From Eledone cirrhosa (lineage: Eukaryota), in contig OZ024752.1 in assembly GCA_964016885.1 (NCBI GenBank), positions 26,412,001 to 26,476,000 on the forward strand: DNA of 64,000 bases. The letters are read 5' to 3'. Under the pieces are notes generated by a model. It was given only the letters and a program-made list of their open reading frames with translations, made no database searches and had not been told where the DNA came from. Below, in pieces: positions 63,816-64,000 of the stretch. The stretch's first letter is position 1; the number at the start of each line of letters is the position of its first letter. The position numbers and the translations under genes are program-made.

Positions 63816-64000
63816 CTATAACGTTTTTAATTCAGTGTTTGGATTACCAACCAAAAGAACCCGATTTAATATAAATGTATATTTACACGTATATCTCATA
63901 TATTTACATCATTTACACAAATAAACACACATGCATATATATATACACACATTTTTTCGTTTGATTTATTGTATTAAAACATCAATGTTTTCTCTACACA

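Overview
AT-rich, microsatellite-dense animal genomic DNA. The SINE families suggest an octopus or other coleoid cephalopod (inference). No complete host gene is evident; there is one possible terminal exon at 234-362. The right two-thirds is dominated by Tx1-clade (L1-group) non-LTR retrotransposons sitting in microsatellites. One cluster is a head-to-tail stack in (TATC)n (24.3-37.6 kb): six 5'-truncated copies plus one full-length copy with a stop in ORF1. The other is three intact, near-identical, full-length copies in tandem in (ATT)n (41.1-58.6 kb). In both full-length lineages the whole of ORF2 is bracketed by a consensus 5' splice donor overlapping the ORF1 stop and a CCTGTAG|G acceptor coinciding with the ORF2 stop. 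In silico splicing restores an ORF1 of identical length, suggesting ORF2 is an excisable intron. The left third holds Penelope-like element (PLE) debris in (TA)n tracts, about a dozen intact or degenerate minimal hammerhead ribozyme motifs, a non-coding 1315-bp hammerhead-bounded retrozyme-like unit, an RTE 3' fragment, and many tRNA-derived SINEs. Most ORF-track entries are microsatellite or antisense artefacts. Boundaries were read by eye and are approximate to a few bases.
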